Shown here piece after piece: positions 61,123 to 64,000 of a DNA stretch of 64,000 nucleotides. The notes below the pieces were generated by a model. It worked only from the letters and a program-made list of their open reading frames with translations, did no database searches and was not told the origin of the DNA. The first letter of the stretch is position 1. The number at the start of each line of letters is the position of its first letter. The DNA lies in assembly GCF_024521635.1 (NCBI RefSeq), contig NW_026250436.1, positions 186,001-250,000 of the forward strand. Reading direction: 5' to 3'. Position numbers and translations under genes: made by a program. This DNA comes from Tricharina praecox. Lineage: Eukaryota.

Positions 61123-62211
61123 TGGAAAGCTTGAGCTCAACTAGACAATACTCTGCGGTTGGAATAAGTACGTACCGAGCCGATGGAACATGAGTCCACT
61201 CCAAGTACTTAGCCCAGAAACCATCCCTCCAGCGTAGGTATGTGTTTACTCAGACTTTCCGACCGGTATGTAGTGGATATCATTTCTATGGCTCTTCAAG
61301 TCTGCACACTAAGAGTGTATTTCTCACGATTATTGAGTATGTAGGTTGGAATCGACATACTCCAGCCAGTTATGGCGGCACGTGAATTAGTATACCCCCG
61401 ATGCCTTCGTTCGGCCTCGTGGTATGTAATATCGTAGTAATATCGTAGTCGAAGGTGATAGCAGTATGAGTTATTCTAGATAAGACCACACTAGCAAGAG
61501 GTGATTATGTGGGATATCACTCGCCGGCCTAGTGATCGTTAGAGCTATCTACCGAATAGCTAGGTAGCTGCAACTTGCAACTTGCAATTTGCACTGTGCG
61601 GGGTACGGCGGCTTGTACTCTACTATCATACACATTAGAGAAGCTACCTACACAACAGCTAAACTTGGAGAACCAAAGCTTGGAAAACCGGCTCTAGTGA
61701 AATCGTCCGCTGTCACTATCGTGTTTCAACTGGATACATTGTGCTTTGTACCAACAGGTGTCAGTATGATTACCATATGTACCAACAGCTGTCAGGTATC
61801 AATTGAACCTCACGCCTGTCTATGGCGGACTATTCGGCCATGCGATTGACCTACCGGTGCAGCCGGAGTACGACATCGTCGTACGATCCATCTGCCAATC
61901 TGGAACAATCACCACCGCAGGTGGGTGAAGCATTTGCGTAAAGTGGGGCCATTCATCATCTCATCAGTTGCATATAGTAGGATATAGTAGGTACGTCCAG
62001 TTCCCAGAATATCGCACAATCCCATTTAAAGCAAACAAGCAGACATACGAGCAGTGAGCACACGCACAAGCACAAGCACAAGCACAAGCACAAGCATTAC
62101 AACAACGACCAAGCCAAAGCAAAACAAAACAATCGCTGACGCAAAGAAGAAAAACGCCACTCTCAATTGCCAGTCCTCGTCCAAAGCCCAAGCATCTACT
62201 GCTACGGAACT

Positions 62212-63862
62212 CTAGTAATCGAACCGATCGGGAAACAACCACGGGGCAACAAGGGTCCAGATGTAGATCGCATAGCAGACCCAGGCGGAGATGATCTTGA
62301 CCCAGGAGGCAGCATAAGTTCTTCCGACGGGAGTGAAGCCCTCCTCGTCGCCCTTTCCAGGCTCGATGCTCATCGTGAGCAGTGTCGCGGTCCAAGCGGT
62401 CGCGAGAACAAAGATGATGTGGAAGAACGAGTACGAGTACTGCGTGCCGCCCTTTTCGTCGTCGCCGGAGCGGCTGTTGTTGTCATCCTCGTCGTCGGTG
62501 TCCTCGTCGAGGGCGGAGGCGGGGAGCGCACCGGACTCGACGGCGGAGCGAAGCGCTTCCTGCCGCATCTGCGCGCGCGTCGGCTCCGTCGAGATGAGGC
62601 TGTGTTCGTTGTCGCCGGCGTCGAGCGCTGAGTAGCCGCCGTTGGATGGAGACGAGGATCGGCCGAGGGCGGGGGCTTGGGTCGCGGCGCGGGTGGTCGT
62701 GTAGGCGATCGTGAGGAGGGTTACGATTGCGCCGAGGACGATGGAGGCGGTGCGGGTGCCGCGCGCACGGAGGAGCGGGTTGCACTGGCGGTCGTCGGGT
62801 TCCATCGACACGGCGGACATGGTGAGGTAGGAGCAGTAGACTGCGACCATGGCCGACTGAGCCAGCCCAGCGGTGGGGTTGTATTCCTGGATCGTCGGGT
62901 GGACCGAGATGAACGAGACGATCAGGAAGAGGAGGAGGTTGACGGTGATGGCGGCCTGGTTCATCTTGCATCCTTCGCCGGCGAAGAAGACGTACATCAC
63001 TATCGTCAGCACGAAACCACCCATGTACATTCCCAGCGTGCTGCCGATCAGGATGCCGCGCCAGATGCGCGAATCGTCGTTCTCCATGATCTTAGCCAAG
63101 CACGTCTCAGCCCAGCTATGCGCCAGATCCACGAGCAGCACCAGACCGAGCAGCAAGAACAGCATAGCGCCGACCAGCGCAAAGTAGTTGCCCCAGACGA
63201 TAAAGAACTTCTCGGGGATCAAGAATGTGAGGACGATCAGCAGCAGCCACGCCATGATCTTCGGTCCCCAGTAACCATTCTGAATAGCCGCGCGACCACT
63301 CCTCGAGTTCCGAACGCCGAGGAGTAGAACCGCTAGAACCGAGTGGAAAACGCCGAGTGCGAAGTTGATGCGGTGTACCGAAACGAAGCCCCAGCACTGC
63401 TCGCCGAAACAGCTGATCGGAAGTGTGTCCAGCGTGAGGTGCTCGATCTTTTTGATCGCCCAGGGCGTGAGCATGATCCACGATAGGATACTGTTGACGA
63501 GGAACAACACTACAGAACGGCAGAGTCAGCGAAATCAGCGAAATCAGCGACGTGAGCCGTAAAGAATGGGGGCCGTACAGGCATAGGTGATTCTCGTAGC
63601 CATGCTATTCATCCACATGGTCAGCCCACAACTCTCCAACGTCCCCACCGCATCGCGATTCTACGCACCTGCCCTGACACTTCCCGCAAGCGCTACATAT
63701 GGCCGAACACGCTGCAGCGCCGCAACACGACGCGACGAACGAGCCAACCTGTGCACGTATAGTCGGTCAGTGGCGCTCCGAGATATCTTCCGTCGCAACC
63801 CGGGAACTAACAGTCGTGATACTGGGCACGGCCAGGAACGGAATGGAGAGCAAAGCCCCCAT
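62212..63862 (-). CDS. TMS1: TMS1/SERINC (serine incorporator) membrane protein, multi-exon
   Basis: MGALLSIPFLAVPS...FVASCCGAAACS, SVHRINFALG, AIQNGYWGPK, LLVDLAHSWAE, GLAQSAMV, QYSYSFFH and WTLVAPWLFPDRF. Confidence 0.95.
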
Positions 63863-64000
63863 TTTGTTTTCGGTACTTCAAAGGCTTCTTTCTGGGTGCG
63901 TAGTAGTTGGAGGTTGGTGATCCGATGCGGTGGTTTGTGGAGAGACGGTTGGTTCGTTTGTGGATCTCAAGTGTGTTATGCGCGCGATGCAGGAAGCCGG

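Overview
Intron-rich, GC-rich genomic DNA from a filamentous ascomycete (Pezizomycotina, possibly Pezizomycetes; inferred from gene content and GT-AG/CTRAC introns). About 16 protein-coding genes can be reconstructed: secreted GH3 and GH20 glycosidases, a ~2,600-aa acidic protein with three tandem-repeat arrays, DNA ligase I (CDC9), a GT69 mannosyltransferase, a DUF1349 protein, an F-box/ankyrin protein, CDC42, PEP7/VAC1, MET8, RPS22 (uS8), a PH-like protein, a siderophore MFS transporter, an MCH1-like MFS transporter with micro-exons, a HET-domain protein and TMS1/SERINC. No CRISPR array, rRNA, tRNA or intact transposon is visible. The most notable signals are: (1) a ~68-nt, apparently single-hairpin snR44-like H/ACA guide in the RPS22 intron, enclosed by a long intronic stem and with a competing alternative fold; (2) two in-frame splice donors 27 nt apart in CDC9, each completing a PCNA PIP box across the exon junction, plus mitochondrial/nuclear dual starts; (3) the giant modular repeat protein with a basic N-terminus and amphipathic C-terminus. 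All homology statements come from motif recognition or recall, not database searches.
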